From a virus: DNA of 64,000 nucleotides. The notes beneath the pieces are model-generated. The model was given only the letters and a program-made list of their open reading frames with translations. It had not been told where the DNA came from and searched no databases. Below, in pieces: positions 33,649 through 42,276 of this stretch. A program made the position numbers and the translations under genes. The DNA lies in the IMG/VR virus record IMGVR_UViG_3300032770_000017, positions 16,208-80,207 of that record. One strand, given 5' to 3'. Each line of letters starts with the position of its first letter. The first letter of the stretch is position 1.

Positions 33649-34056
33649 ATCAACCAAGTAACACCCTTCTGCAGGCAGGAGTTCCTCGCCGCCGCGGCCA
33701 ACTGGCAGTCCGACACATTCCGCATCGTGGCGGTGTCCTCGGGCTACTCGTTCTCCACGAGCGACCACTACCTGTCGGCCATCTCCGGTGGGGACATCAT
33801 CGCCACCTCGGCCGCGCTCACCAGCACCGACCCCACCGACGGCAACGCTTCGGCCGATCCGGTGGTGTTCTCCTCGGTCGGCGCGGGCTCGACCATCGCC
33901 GGGTTGTGGCTCTACCGCGACACGGGATCGAGCAGCACGTCGCAACTGCTGGTGTGGTGGGACCAGGACGCCACCAACTTCCCGTTGGCCATCGTCACCA
34001 ATGGTGGAGATATCACGTTGACGTTCCCAAGTGGGGGGACCTTATTTATACTATGA
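33649..34056 (+). CDS. Virion structural protein (family of 20776-21435); start codon anomalous
   Basis: NWQSDTFRIVAVSSGY...NGGDITLTF; conserved-looking N-terminus has no in-frame ATG/GTG before 33727. Confidence 0.6.
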   Translation: MNQVTPFCRQEFLAAAANWQSDTFRIVAVSSGYSFSTSDHYLSAISGGDIIATSAALTSTDPTDGNASADPVVFSSVGAGSTIAGLWLYRDTGSSSTSQLLVWWDQDATNFPLAIVTNGGDITLTFPSGGTLFIL

Positions 34057-34085
34057 CGTCGCCCTCGTTTGCTATGATGTTGTCC

Positions 34086-34748
34086 ATGCGAACCAAATCT
34101 CCGCTCGTTTACGAGGATGAGCATGGGCAGTGGTGGTACAAGACGGCGACCGGTGCTCGGCAGCGCGCTGTGATACGGAATTGCTCCACCTGTGGTGAGC
34201 AATTCGTGTGCAGGTCAACAAAGGCGAGCCCCTTCTGTTCGGAGGCATGCTGGCGACGTACATGCCTGACCTGCAACACGGTGTTCACCCCATCAACGAC
34301 ACGGCAGCAATATTGCAGCTACAAGTGCCGGCGCGGGACGCGCACCTGTATCGAGTGCGGACGTGTGTTTATTACCGTGGCAAACAGCCATGGGAAATAT
34401 TGCTCGCAGGAGTGCCACTACAACCACAAGGTGCCGGTTGGGTCCGTCCGGTTACTCAAGCGAACCGGTTACACCATAATCAAGCTCCCCTTTGGCCGCT
34501 ATGGCGGGGCAGGTGGCAAATATCGTCGTGAGCATTGGATGCTAGAGCATCGATACGTGATGGAGCAGATAATTGGGCGACCACTTCTCCCGTCCGAGCA
34601 TGTTCACCACAAGAACGGCGATCGCGCGGATAACCGTCCAGAGAATCTAGAGCTCTGGAAGAACAAGAGCGGTAAGGGCGGGCATCCCTACGGCGTTCGT
34701 CTTGACGATTATCACTGTCCCGGTTGCCGATGCGGGGAAGATCGATGA
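34086..34748 (+). CDS. Free-standing HNH homing endonuclease with CxxC repeats
   Basis: EHVHHKNGDRADNRPENLELW; lower GC; TATGAT upstream of ATG. Confidence 0.9.
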   Translation: MRTKSPLVYEDEHGQWWYKTATGARQRAVIRNCSTCGEQFVCRSTKASPFCSEACWRRTCLTCNTVFTPSTTRQQYCSYKCRRGTRTCIECGRVFITVANSHGKYCSQECHYNHKVPVGSVRLLKRTGYTIIKLPFGRYGGAGGKYRREHWMLEHRYVMEQIIGRPLLPSEHVHHKNGDRADNRPENLELWKNKSGKGGHPYGVRLDDYHCPGCRCGEDR

Positions 34749-34785
34749 CGTTCCCGAGCGGCGGGACCTTGTTCGTTCTTTAGCG

Positions 34786-35085
34786 ATGCCGTCCTCCACC
34801 GTCGCCGCAGCGCCCGCTCAGAGCCTCACAGAGGCCCCCATCTCGTCGTCGAGCTACACGGTCAACACCGTCTACCCGCCCGCCTCTGGCGCCCTTGCAG
34901 CGGCCCCTATCGCCCTCGCCGCACTGGACACCGTCACCGGCGCGCCGGCTGTGGCTCTAGCCGCGGCCGGAGTGCCACCGAGCCCCAACTCCACCACAGC
35001 GGCCGTAGCTGCCGGTGCGCTCAGCGCCACGCCTGGGCCGACTGTCGTGACGCCGACCTCCTACGTGATCGGGACGGCGACATGA
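34786..35085 (+). CDS. Ala/Thr-rich hypothetical tail protein
   Basis: ORF coupled to downstream tail gene. Confidence 0.5.
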   Translation: MPSSTVAAAPAQSLTEAPISSSSYTVNTVYPPASGALAAAPIALAALDTVTGAPAVALAAAGVPPSPNSTTAAVAAGALSATPGPTVVTPTSYVIGTAT

Positions 35086-36368
35086 CCGGCGCGGTGGCCT
35101 TCGGGCCCACGATCACCCAAAGCGGCATCACCCCGCCGCCTGTCTACACACCGGCGATCACCTGCGGGGTCTACGACCGCTCGGGGACGTTGCTCAAGGC
35201 GCTCCCCAACTCCTACAACCGCCACTGGCAGGACCAGCTCAATGTGGAGGGCACCGGCTCGGCGGTGGTGCAGATATTCGACCCGACCACGGAATTGATC
35301 GTGTCGTGCGACATCCCATGGCGCTCTATCCTGATCTTCTCGATCGACACCATCCCTCGCTACGCCTCGATCATCGAGCACATGGTGGAGAAGCTCGTCG
35401 CCCAGGGCGAAGAGGTGGACGAGACGCTGGAACTGTCCGGGCGCGGGACGTTGGCGCTGTTCGAGGAGGCGGTCTGCTACCCGGAGAACGGCCTCAGCCG
35501 CCAACCCTTCACCGACACCCGCCTGTTCTCCTACGCGTCGATCGACTTCGATGACTCCATGTGGGCCTCGGCCGTGCAAGTCAAGCTCCAATCGGACCCG
35601 ACCTCGGGCCTGCCGTGGGACGGGGCGCCACAGGACTGGCCGGACCACAACGCCTATTGGATCTGGGACCGCGCGGTCACTTCCGCCACGCCCTGGCCGA
35701 CGGGCAATGTGTACTTCCGAAAGCAGATCACCATTCCCTCCGGTGGCGATGTGGTGCGGTTCTTCATCACCGCCGACGATGGTTTCGAGTTGTACGTGGA
35801 CGGCGGCCTGCTCCAGAGCGACACCGAGGCGTACCTGTGGGGGGTGACCAGACAGGTCGATCTCTTCCTCGACAGTGGGACTCATCTCGTCGCGATCAAG
35901 GGCACGAACCTGTCGCGGGCCTCGTCGAGCACGAACTATGCCGGCATCATCTGCTCGATGTACGTCGCCAATGGCGACGGCTCGCTGGGCGGCCTCATCG
36001 CCCACACCGACTCGTCATGGAAGATGCTTGCCTATCCGCCCAATCCGCCTGGCTACACCGTGGGGCAGATCCTGCGCATCCTCACCGAAGAGGCCCAGGC
36101 GCGGGGGACGCTATCAGGGATCAGTCTTTCGTTCAATGACACCAACGACTCCAACGGCGTTCCCTGGGCGACGCTGGCCGAGGTGCCGATACAGGTGGGC
36201 GACGACATGCTGACCACGATCAAGCAATTGGCTTCGGCCTATTGCGACGTGGCCATGGGCATCGGCACGCCCGTCCTGTTCGCCTACAACACGCGCGGCA
36301 GTTCGGTGAGCACCACCTTCTCCCGCGGCGTGAACCTGGGCGACTGGACGCAGGATGGCGCGGTCTAA
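35082..36368 (+). CDS. Minor tail protein with inserted lectin-like beta-sandwich
   Basis: WQDQLNVEGTGS tail motif; insert VYFRKQI...ITADDGFELYVDG. Confidence 0.7.
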   Translation: MTGAVAFGPTITQSGITPPPVYTPAITCGVYDRSGTLLKALPNSYNRHWQDQLNVEGTGSAVVQIFDPTTELIVSCDIPWRSILIFSIDTIPRYASIIEHMVEKLVAQGEEVDETLELSGRGTLALFEEAVCYPENGLSRQPFTDTRLFSYASIDFDDSMWASAVQVKLQSDPTSGLPWDGAPQDWPDHNAYWIWDRAVTSATPWPTGNVYFRKQITIPSGGDVVRFFITADDGFELYVDGGLLQSDTEAYLWGVTRQVDLFLDSGTHLVAIKGTNLSRASSSTNYAGIICSMYVANGDGSLGGLIAHTDSSWKMLAYPPNPPGYTVGQILRILTEEAQARGTLSGISLSFNDTNDSNGVPWATLAEVPIQVGDDMLTTIKQLASAYCDVAMGIGTPVLFAYNTRGSSVSTTFSRGVNLGDWTQDGAV

Positions 36369-36455
36369 ATGGCCCAGAACGGTATGCTTGAACGACGTTG
36401 TCCCCGCGCTGCTGGCGCAGCCGGGGACGTGCCCGAACCTTGCTGGAGGTCCGAG

Positions 36456-36998
36456 ATGGTCAAGCGTATATGCCTCAAGCCCGATTGTGGTCGTCCGGTG
36501 CTCGCGCGGGGTCTTTGCGGTCGTCACTATCAGCAGTACCGCAATAGTCCCGAATGGCAGCCGATGGAGCCTTTGACTGTAGAGCAACGGTTTTGGATGA
36601 AGGTCACCACGCAGGGCAGTATCCCGCCGTTCCGTCCAGACCTAGGACCATGTTACGAATGGACAGGAGGCAAAGGACATGGCGGTTATGCACTGTTCCA
36701 TCCTGTCGCGGGCGTATCCGCTCCTGCTTACCGATGGATTTATGAGCAGGAGAACGGAGCAGTCCCCAAGGGACTTGAGTTGGATCATCTGTGCCGAAAC
36801 CCTGGTTGTGTGCGTCCATCGCACTTAGAGGCCGTCACTCACCTGGAGAACGTTCGGCGTGGGGTTGATGCCTACGAACTGAAGGACACCTGTCGACGTG
36901 GTCATTCCATGATTGGAGTGACTCCGTCGAGCGATGGCTACCGCCATTGTCTTGCCTGTCGCCGATTGACGTGGCGTGCGAGGAGGGGAAGGACATAG
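36456..36998 (+). CDS. Free-standing HNH homing endonuclease
   Basis: ELDHLCRNPGCVRPSHLEAVTHLEN; CRRGH; GGAGG RBS. Confidence 0.9.
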   Translation: MVKRICLKPDCGRPVLARGLCGRHYQQYRNSPEWQPMEPLTVEQRFWMKVTTQGSIPPFRPDLGPCYEWTGGKGHGGYALFHPVAGVSAPAYRWIYEQENGAVPKGLELDHLCRNPGCVRPSHLEAVTHLENVRRGVDAYELKDTCRRGHSMIGVTPSSDGYRHCLACRRLTWRARRGRT

Positions 36999-37819
36999 CA
37001 CAGAACGTTCTGACGAGCCTCTTGATCCGATGGGCCGGCGGGTTCACCTCGGTCGATGATGCCGATGGGATCGCGTCGTTCGGCGTGATCGAAGGGTTCC
37101 TGTCGCTCGGCAACGTCATCGACGAGGCCACGGCCATCACGTTGGGGAACGCAGTGCTCGCCGATCAGGCATCAGTGCAGCTCACGCAGACGGGCACCAT
37201 TCAGCCCGCAGGGAGTAGCGATACGCCGTATGTCGGTTTCAACGTGGGCGATGTCGTCACTGCGCCCGACCTCTGTCTCGAAGAGGACGTGTTCCGCGTC
37301 CAGACGATCCAGGTGCAGGAGGACCAGGAGGGCAACCCGATCTACCCGGTGCAGGTCGGCACGCAGCAACAGATCCGAGACGTGCGCATCCAATCGTGGC
37401 TGCAGCGGATGAACGCCGGCACGCTGGCGGGTACTGCGCAGTCGGCCGCCCCGGCTTCCGGTTCCACACCGCCTGCGGCCACCACGCAGGGGATCCAGAA
37501 CGTCTGGCATATGCCGGGCTCGCTCACGGTGATGACCTCCGACGATTGGTCGCCGCCGCGCTCGGGGACGATGATCCGCCTCGACCTGCGCCTCACCACG
37601 GCCGGGTCAACGGCGACCACGGTCATCCTGTCGATCAACCACACCACGGTGATCGGGTCGAGCACGATTGCCGCTGGCCAGAACATCCCGACGACGCCCT
37701 TGCTGCTTGACACGCCCGTACTCGGTGTGGGTACGCCGAACGCGACGATCATCAACCTCTACGTGATGACGGCGGGGACTGGCGCGGCCGGGCTGGTGAT
37801 GACGCTCACCATTCTCTAA
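36995..37819 (+). CDS. Minor tail protein, probable ATA start
   Basis: PYVGFNVGDVV motif; AGGAGG 8 nt before ATA 36995. Confidence 0.65.
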   Translation: MAQNVLTSLLIRWAGGFTSVDDADGIASFGVIEGFLSLGNVIDEATAITLGNAVLADQASVQLTQTGTIQPAGSSDTPYVGFNVGDVVTAPDLCLEEDVFRVQTIQVQEDQEGNPIYPVQVGTQQQIRDVRIQSWLQRMNAGTLAGTAQSAAPASGSTPPAATTQGIQNVWHMPGSLTVMTSDDWSPPRSGTMIRLDLRLTTAGSTATTVILSINHTTVIGSSTIAAGQNIPTTPLLLDTPVLGVGTPNATIINLYVMTAGTGAAGLVMTLTIL

Positions 37820-40035
37820 TGACGGCGAACTCGGAAATCTATGCATCACCGGATGGTGTCACTTGGACGTTGATGGCTGGCCCTGGCGATAGCGGAGGAC
37901 TTGCACTTACCTCGATCGCATGGGACCCCTCATCTGGGGTGTTCACCACAAGCGGGTCGAATAACGTTTACTCAACCGATGGTGTGACCTGGACGCTGGT
38001 CAGCAACGTGACCAGCCTCTCAAATGTTACGCAGCGTGTGACCTACTCACCGTTGTTCGGGCTTCTCGTTGCGAACAACAACGGCACCGGTGGCATCACG
38101 CCGATGATCGCCACAACATCGGATGGCCACACGACGACATCGCGTGCCCACTACACGGGCGGATCGACGGGAAGCCACACCTTCCGAGACTCGGTGGACA
38201 ACGGGTCGATCCTCTGCACAGTTGGGCGGAACCAAACCGGCCTCACCGGGCCAGTGCAAATCAGCGGCTTGGGAACGGTCTACACCGTATCGGTGGCCAC
38301 GGGGACGTGGACCGCCAACACGACCAATTCCCCCTTCGGTGCGAACTCCGTCACGAACTCGCCCTTCGGTGACTACACGGCCTCTGCACCGGGCTCGATC
38401 CAGGCGCTCGGTACGGCCATTGGGTGCGACGGGACCACGTTCGCCGCGGCAGGGACCGTCAATGCCAGCAATGGCAGCCGCACCGGTCTCGGGTTCATCT
38501 ATACAACGAGCCCCTCCGGATCATGGTCAGCAGGGACCTCTCCCTGGGACTCAAGCACGGTCGCCGTCGTCAACCGTATCGCCTGGGGATCGGGCGCCGG
38601 ATGGGTAGCTGTCGGGACGAACGGGCTAACGGGCGCGTCATGCAAAGTCTTATTGACCTCATCGGACGGGCACACATGGACGCAGCAGTCGACTCCGATC
38701 GATGGCAGCACCAGCGCCGTGCTGAAGGATGTCGTCTGGTCGTCTGCCCTCAGCCTATGGACAGTCGTTGGCAGCGATGGTGCGGGTGACGCAGTCGTCC
38801 TGACATCGCCTGACGGCGCGACTTGGACACGGCGGGACAACGGCGACTCTGGGGTCTGGAACGGGATTGCCTGGTCATCGTCCCTAGGTTTATTGGTCGC
38901 CGTCGGTCATGTCCTCATTCCTACTGGGCCAGCAATCTGGACGAGCCCTGACGGTTCCACATGGACACAGCGGAGCACGCCCGCCGGTTGGGCCACCACC
39001 GGTGCCGGTGTCACGGTGGAATGGGCGAACTACACCAACGGCAGCGGGACGGTGCAAGAGTTCGTCGCGGCTGCCACGACGACGAGCACGACGACCGGCC
39101 TCCACCTTGCTCGCAGCACTGATGGCATCAACTGGACCGATGTAACAGGACCACCGACCACGGACAACCCCCAGGCCATCGGCGTGCCCTCCCCTGGGCT
39201 CAGCCTTGGCTCGGCCTTAGCACTTATCACAGATTTCAGCCTGTCAGGTCCCCTCACGATTTACGGCAGTAATGATGGGGTGACCCTGACGTTGTATTCG
39301 GCCACTGATGCCCATGGGCTGATAGCAACCGCCGCGGCCGGACTGATCTATTCGACAATTTCGGGCAAGTGGGTGTTCTCCTCTAATGGCAGTAATGTGG
39401 TCGCGACATCACCTGATGGGCTCACCTGGACGAGCGCCAACCTGACCGGGCTCCTCCAGTTCACGCACTTCAACGCGCTGGCAACGGACGGTTCCACCTA
39501 CGTCGTCGGCATGGGCCAGACATCGGGAGGCGGGTCAAACTCGGCGACCGGTTATTCGACCGATGGCGGTGTGACGTGGAATTCGACCAATGACTTCGGC
39601 CTCAGTGACGTGTGGCATGACTGCGCGTATTGCGGTGGGACCATCGGGTTCGTTGGCGTCGGGACAGCGAACCTGTCTGGCGTCGTTGCTGCCACGCTCA
39701 CCGGAGCAGGTGGCGCAACGTGGTCGGCGCACAATCTGAGCGCCACGTTCGGGAACATCATCGCGCTGGACTATGCGCCCTCGCTCGCGAAGATCGTCAT
39801 GTTGGGCAAGGCGCCCCCGGAGTCCTCCGCGGCCGGCAACCGTGTCGGGACGAGCACCAACGGCACAACCGCCTCAGTCACCGGTTTCGAGACAGCCAAC
39901 CCGTATGCCACCGTCTATGACGTTGCCTGGTCGCCTCAGCTCGGTCTGTTCGTCATCGTCGGATCAGGACCGCCAGCCCCGGCGCCCTCTGTTCCTTCTT
40001 TCATCGTCGGTGAGATCCGTATGCAGGCGGCTTAG
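37819..40035 (+). CDS. Asp-box/BNR-repeat beta-propeller receptor-binding protein
   Basis: About ten SxDGxTW repeats; last gene of tail module. Confidence 0.75.
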   Translation: MTANSEIYASPDGVTWTLMAGPGDSGGLALTSIAWDPSSGVFTTSGSNNVYSTDGVTWTLVSNVTSLSNVTQRVTYSPLFGLLVANNNGTGGITPMIATTSDGHTTTSRAHYTGGSTGSHTFRDSVDNGSILCTVGRNQTGLTGPVQISGLGTVYTVSVATGTWTANTTNSPFGANSVTNSPFGDYTASAPGSIQALGTAIGCDGTTFAAAGTVNASNGSRTGLGFIYTTSPSGSWSAGTSPWDSSTVAVVNRIAWGSGAGWVAVGTNGLTGASCKVLLTSSDGHTWTQQSTPIDGSTSAVLKDVVWSSALSLWTVVGSDGAGDAVVLTSPDGATWTRRDNGDSGVWNGIAWSSSLGLLVAVGHVLIPTGPAIWTSPDGSTWTQRSTPAGWATTGAGVTVEWANYTNGSGTVQEFVAAATTTSTTTGLHLARSTDGINWTDVTGPPTTDNPQAIGVPSPGLSLGSALALITDFSLSGPLTIYGSNDGVTLTLYSATDAHGLIATAAAGLIYSTISGKWVFSSNGSNVVATSPDGLTWTSANLTGLLQFTHFNALATDGSTYVVGMGQTSGGGSNSATGYSTDGGVTWNSTNDFGLSDVWHDCAYCGGTIGFVGVGTANLSGVVAATLTGAGGATWSAHNLSATFGNIIALDYAPSLAKIVMLGKAPPESSAAGNRVGTSTNGTTASVTGFETANPYATVYDVAWSPQLGLFVIVGSGPPAPAPSVPSFIVGEIRMQAA

Positions 40036-40046
40036 GATCACTGGAC

Positions 40047-40847
40047 GTGACCGAGACGTGGATGCCCGGGGTGACCATTGAGCGCGGCCCATTCGACAAC
40101 GGCGCCCATGGTGGCCCAGTGACGGCCCACAACGGCATCGTCGAGCACGTCACCACCAACTGGGCCGACCCGGGCCCGTACTTCTCCCAGCCGATCAATC
40201 AGGCCTCGTCGCATTTCTGGCTGCGCCAGAACGGGGAGATCGTGCAGTTCCTGCCGCTCGAAGTGGCCTCATGGGCACAGGCCGCCGGCAATTACTCCTA
40301 CGTGAGCGTGGAGACCGACGGCGTACCTGAGGTGGCGCTATCGGATGCCCAGGTGCTGGCCTTTGCCGCCGTCTACCGGTTCGTGGAAACCGCGGCCGGG
40401 CTCGGTGGGTTCGGTTACCGCGTGGCCGAGGTGCCAGGGCAGCCCGGGCTCGGCTGGCACGGCATGGGCGGCGCAGCGTGGGGTGGCCACCTTCAGTGCC
40501 CTGGGGACGTCAGGAAGGCCCAGCGGGGCGCCATCCTGTATCTCGCCGGCGGTGCGGCCCCCGCCGTGACGGTGCCGCCGGCGATCTACCCGTCGCCCAC
40601 CCTGACGGCGCCGCTGGTGGACTGGCACATGACCGGGTTCTTCCCGGCCGGCGCGTTGCTGCTCACCCAGGACGGCGCGATCTGGACCTTGGGCAATGCC
40701 CAGTACGCCGGAGGCGCCAACACCCTGCCCGCCTTCGCCGGGCGCACAGCGGCCCGGTTCGGCGCGCTCACCGATGCCGAGGTGGCGGCCAAGAAGCTGT
40801 ACGTTGTCCTTGACACGGTCGCGGAACGGTACGCTTTCCCTGCCTGA
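40047..40847 (+). CDS. Endolysin, N-acetylmuramoyl-L-alanine amidase (Amidase_2)
   Basis: IVEH, ASSHF, SWAQAAGN..SVET, WGGHLQCPG. Confidence 0.85.
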   Translation: MTETWMPGVTIERGPFDNGAHGGPVTAHNGIVEHVTTNWADPGPYFSQPINQASSHFWLRQNGEIVQFLPLEVASWAQAAGNYSYVSVETDGVPEVALSDAQVLAFAAVYRFVETAAGLGGFGYRVAEVPGQPGLGWHGMGGAAWGGHLQCPGDVRKAQRGAILYLAGGAAPAVTVPPAIYPSPTLTAPLVDWHMTGFFPAGALLLTQDGAIWTLGNAQYAGGANTLPAFAGRTAARFGALTDAEVAAKKLYVVLDTVAERYAFPA

Positions 40848-40893
40848 CGCCATTCCGCGCGCGGAGAGGGACGGTCAGTAGGGTTAGCCCGCA

Positions 40894-41112
40894 ATGGCCT
40901 ACGTCCCGTCCCTTGAGGAGCGTAGGGCGGATTTCTGCTTCCTCGTCCGTTCCGTCTTGCCGCGATCCATGGCTGACGCCGTCACCGACCGTGATATCGA
41001 CGAGGCGCTCGACGAGGCGCTGTGGGGCGTCCCCTTTGAGCGGGTCGCCACCGATCGGCTGGGCCCGCTCGCCGATGTGATCGCCGTGCGGCTGCGGGTG
41101 AGGTTGGGGTGA
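40894..41112 (+). CDS. Hypothetical protein
   Basis: Short ORF in lysis region. Confidence 0.45.
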   Translation: MAYVPSLEERRADFCFLVRSVLPRSMADAVTDRDIDEALDEALWGVPFERVATDRLGPLADVIAVRLRVRLG

Positions 41113-41408
41113 TCGCGCTCGTCGCCCAGGTGGGCTCGGCGAGTTATGACCCCCTCGGCATCGGGGTCGTGGGCGTGCTGTTCGTCTCGTTCGTCGGGTT
41201 CTGGTTAGGGGGCAAGATCATTTCGGGTAGGGAGTACGAGCGTGTGCTCCAGATCAACGACAAACTGTCAGCCGATAACGACCGCCTGCGGGAACGGTTG
41301 ATCGACTCGGCAGACAGACGCGAGGAGAACGCCACGGCGCTGAGAGAGACAGCGGCTGTGCTCAGGGACGTGCTGGTCGTGCTGGAGGTCAAAAGGCAGG
41401 CGGGATGA
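41109..41408 (+). CDS. Membrane protein (1 TM + coil), lysis cassette
   Basis: N-terminal TM then coiled coil. Confidence 0.6.
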   Translation: MIALVAQVGSASYDPLGIGVVGVLFVSFVGFWLGGKIISGREYERVLQINDKLSADNDRLRERLIDSADRREENATALRETAAVLRDVLVVLEVKRQAG

Positions 41409-41599
41409 GCCTGCGCCGCCACCGGGAACCGCAGCCACCACGGGAGATCGAGCACGTCATCGATCGTGACGAGCGCGCCATCCGCGCCCAGGAGACGGCA
41501 GCCGCGCTGATGCACAACGCGCTCGAAGAGGTGCGCAGGGCGATCGAAGACCTGCAGCAGGAGCAAGGAGAGCGCCGCAATGGCACCACCCCTGAGTGA
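41405..41599 (+). CDS. Small coiled-coil protein
   Basis: Coupled ORF. Confidence 0.5.
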   Translation: MSLRRHREPQPPREIEHVIDRDERAIRAQETAAALMHNALEEVRRAIEDLQQEQGERRNGTTPE

Positions 41600-42014
41600 C
41601 ATCCCCGAACTGATCGAACGGATCAACGCCGCCATCGCAGAGTCAGAACAGGCACGGGCGGCCAGTGACCGGGCCACGGAGGAACTGGCCTCGGAACGCC
41701 GCTGGCGGCGGTGGGCGGCCGTGTTCGCCGTCGTCCTGGCCGTGGTGATCATCGCCGTGGGCGTGGTCGGCGTCGTGATGATGGTGAGCGTGCGGGCCAC
41801 CCAACGCGACAACCACCGGACGCTGATCGCGATCCAACAGGCCACGACGCCCTCATCTGCGCAGGTGAACACCGCGCAGTCACTGATCACGCGGGTCGTC
41901 AACGAGCCCAACTGCGGGCTACGCGAGGACATCGCGCAGGTCGTGCACCTTGCCGTGCCCTCAGTGCCCGCTGCATTGCCCGCTACGGCGTTCTGCCCGG
42001 CATTCACCCCTTGA
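41580..42014 (+). CDS. Membrane protein
   Basis: Single long TM after RRWRRW. Confidence 0.6.
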   Translation: MAPPLSDIPELIERINAAIAESEQARAASDRATEELASERRWRRWAAVFAVVLAVVIIAVGVVGVVMMVSVRATQRDNHRTLIAIQQATTPSSAQVNTAQSLITRVVNEPNCGLREDIAQVVHLAVPSVPAALPATAFCPAFTP

Positions 42015-42051
42015 CGGGTGGGCGCGCCCCGAATGGGGTACAGATGGCTCT

Positions 42052-42237
42052 ATGGCAGCAATCCTGTTCCTGTTGGCGTTCATCCTGGCGGCCATCCACT
42101 GGGGCGGCGGTACCCTGCTCGGCCACCATTACCTTGACGCCTTCTTCACCCTCCTGGCCGCCGGCCTATTCCTGATGGCCATGGGCTGGGGCGCCATCCC
42201 GGTGGCCTTCACCGTGAGACGCCCACCGCCCGGCTAA
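42052..42237 (+). CDS. Small 2-TM membrane protein
   Basis: Hydrophobic 61-aa ORF. Confidence 0.5.
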   Translation: MAAILFLLAFILAAIHWGGGTLLGHHYLDAFFTLLAAGLFLMAMGWGAIPVAFTVRRPPPG

Positions 42238-42276
42238 CCGCCGCGGCGCAGATGGCATGGCGTACCATCCGGTGCC

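Noticed and set aside
36382-37007. Self-splicing intron around the HNH
   Set aside because: The insert is almost fully coding with no room for a group I/II core, and U/G boundaries do not restore frame
37819-40035. Diversity-generating retroelement target
   Set aside because: No reverse transcriptase and no template/variable repeat pair seen in the window
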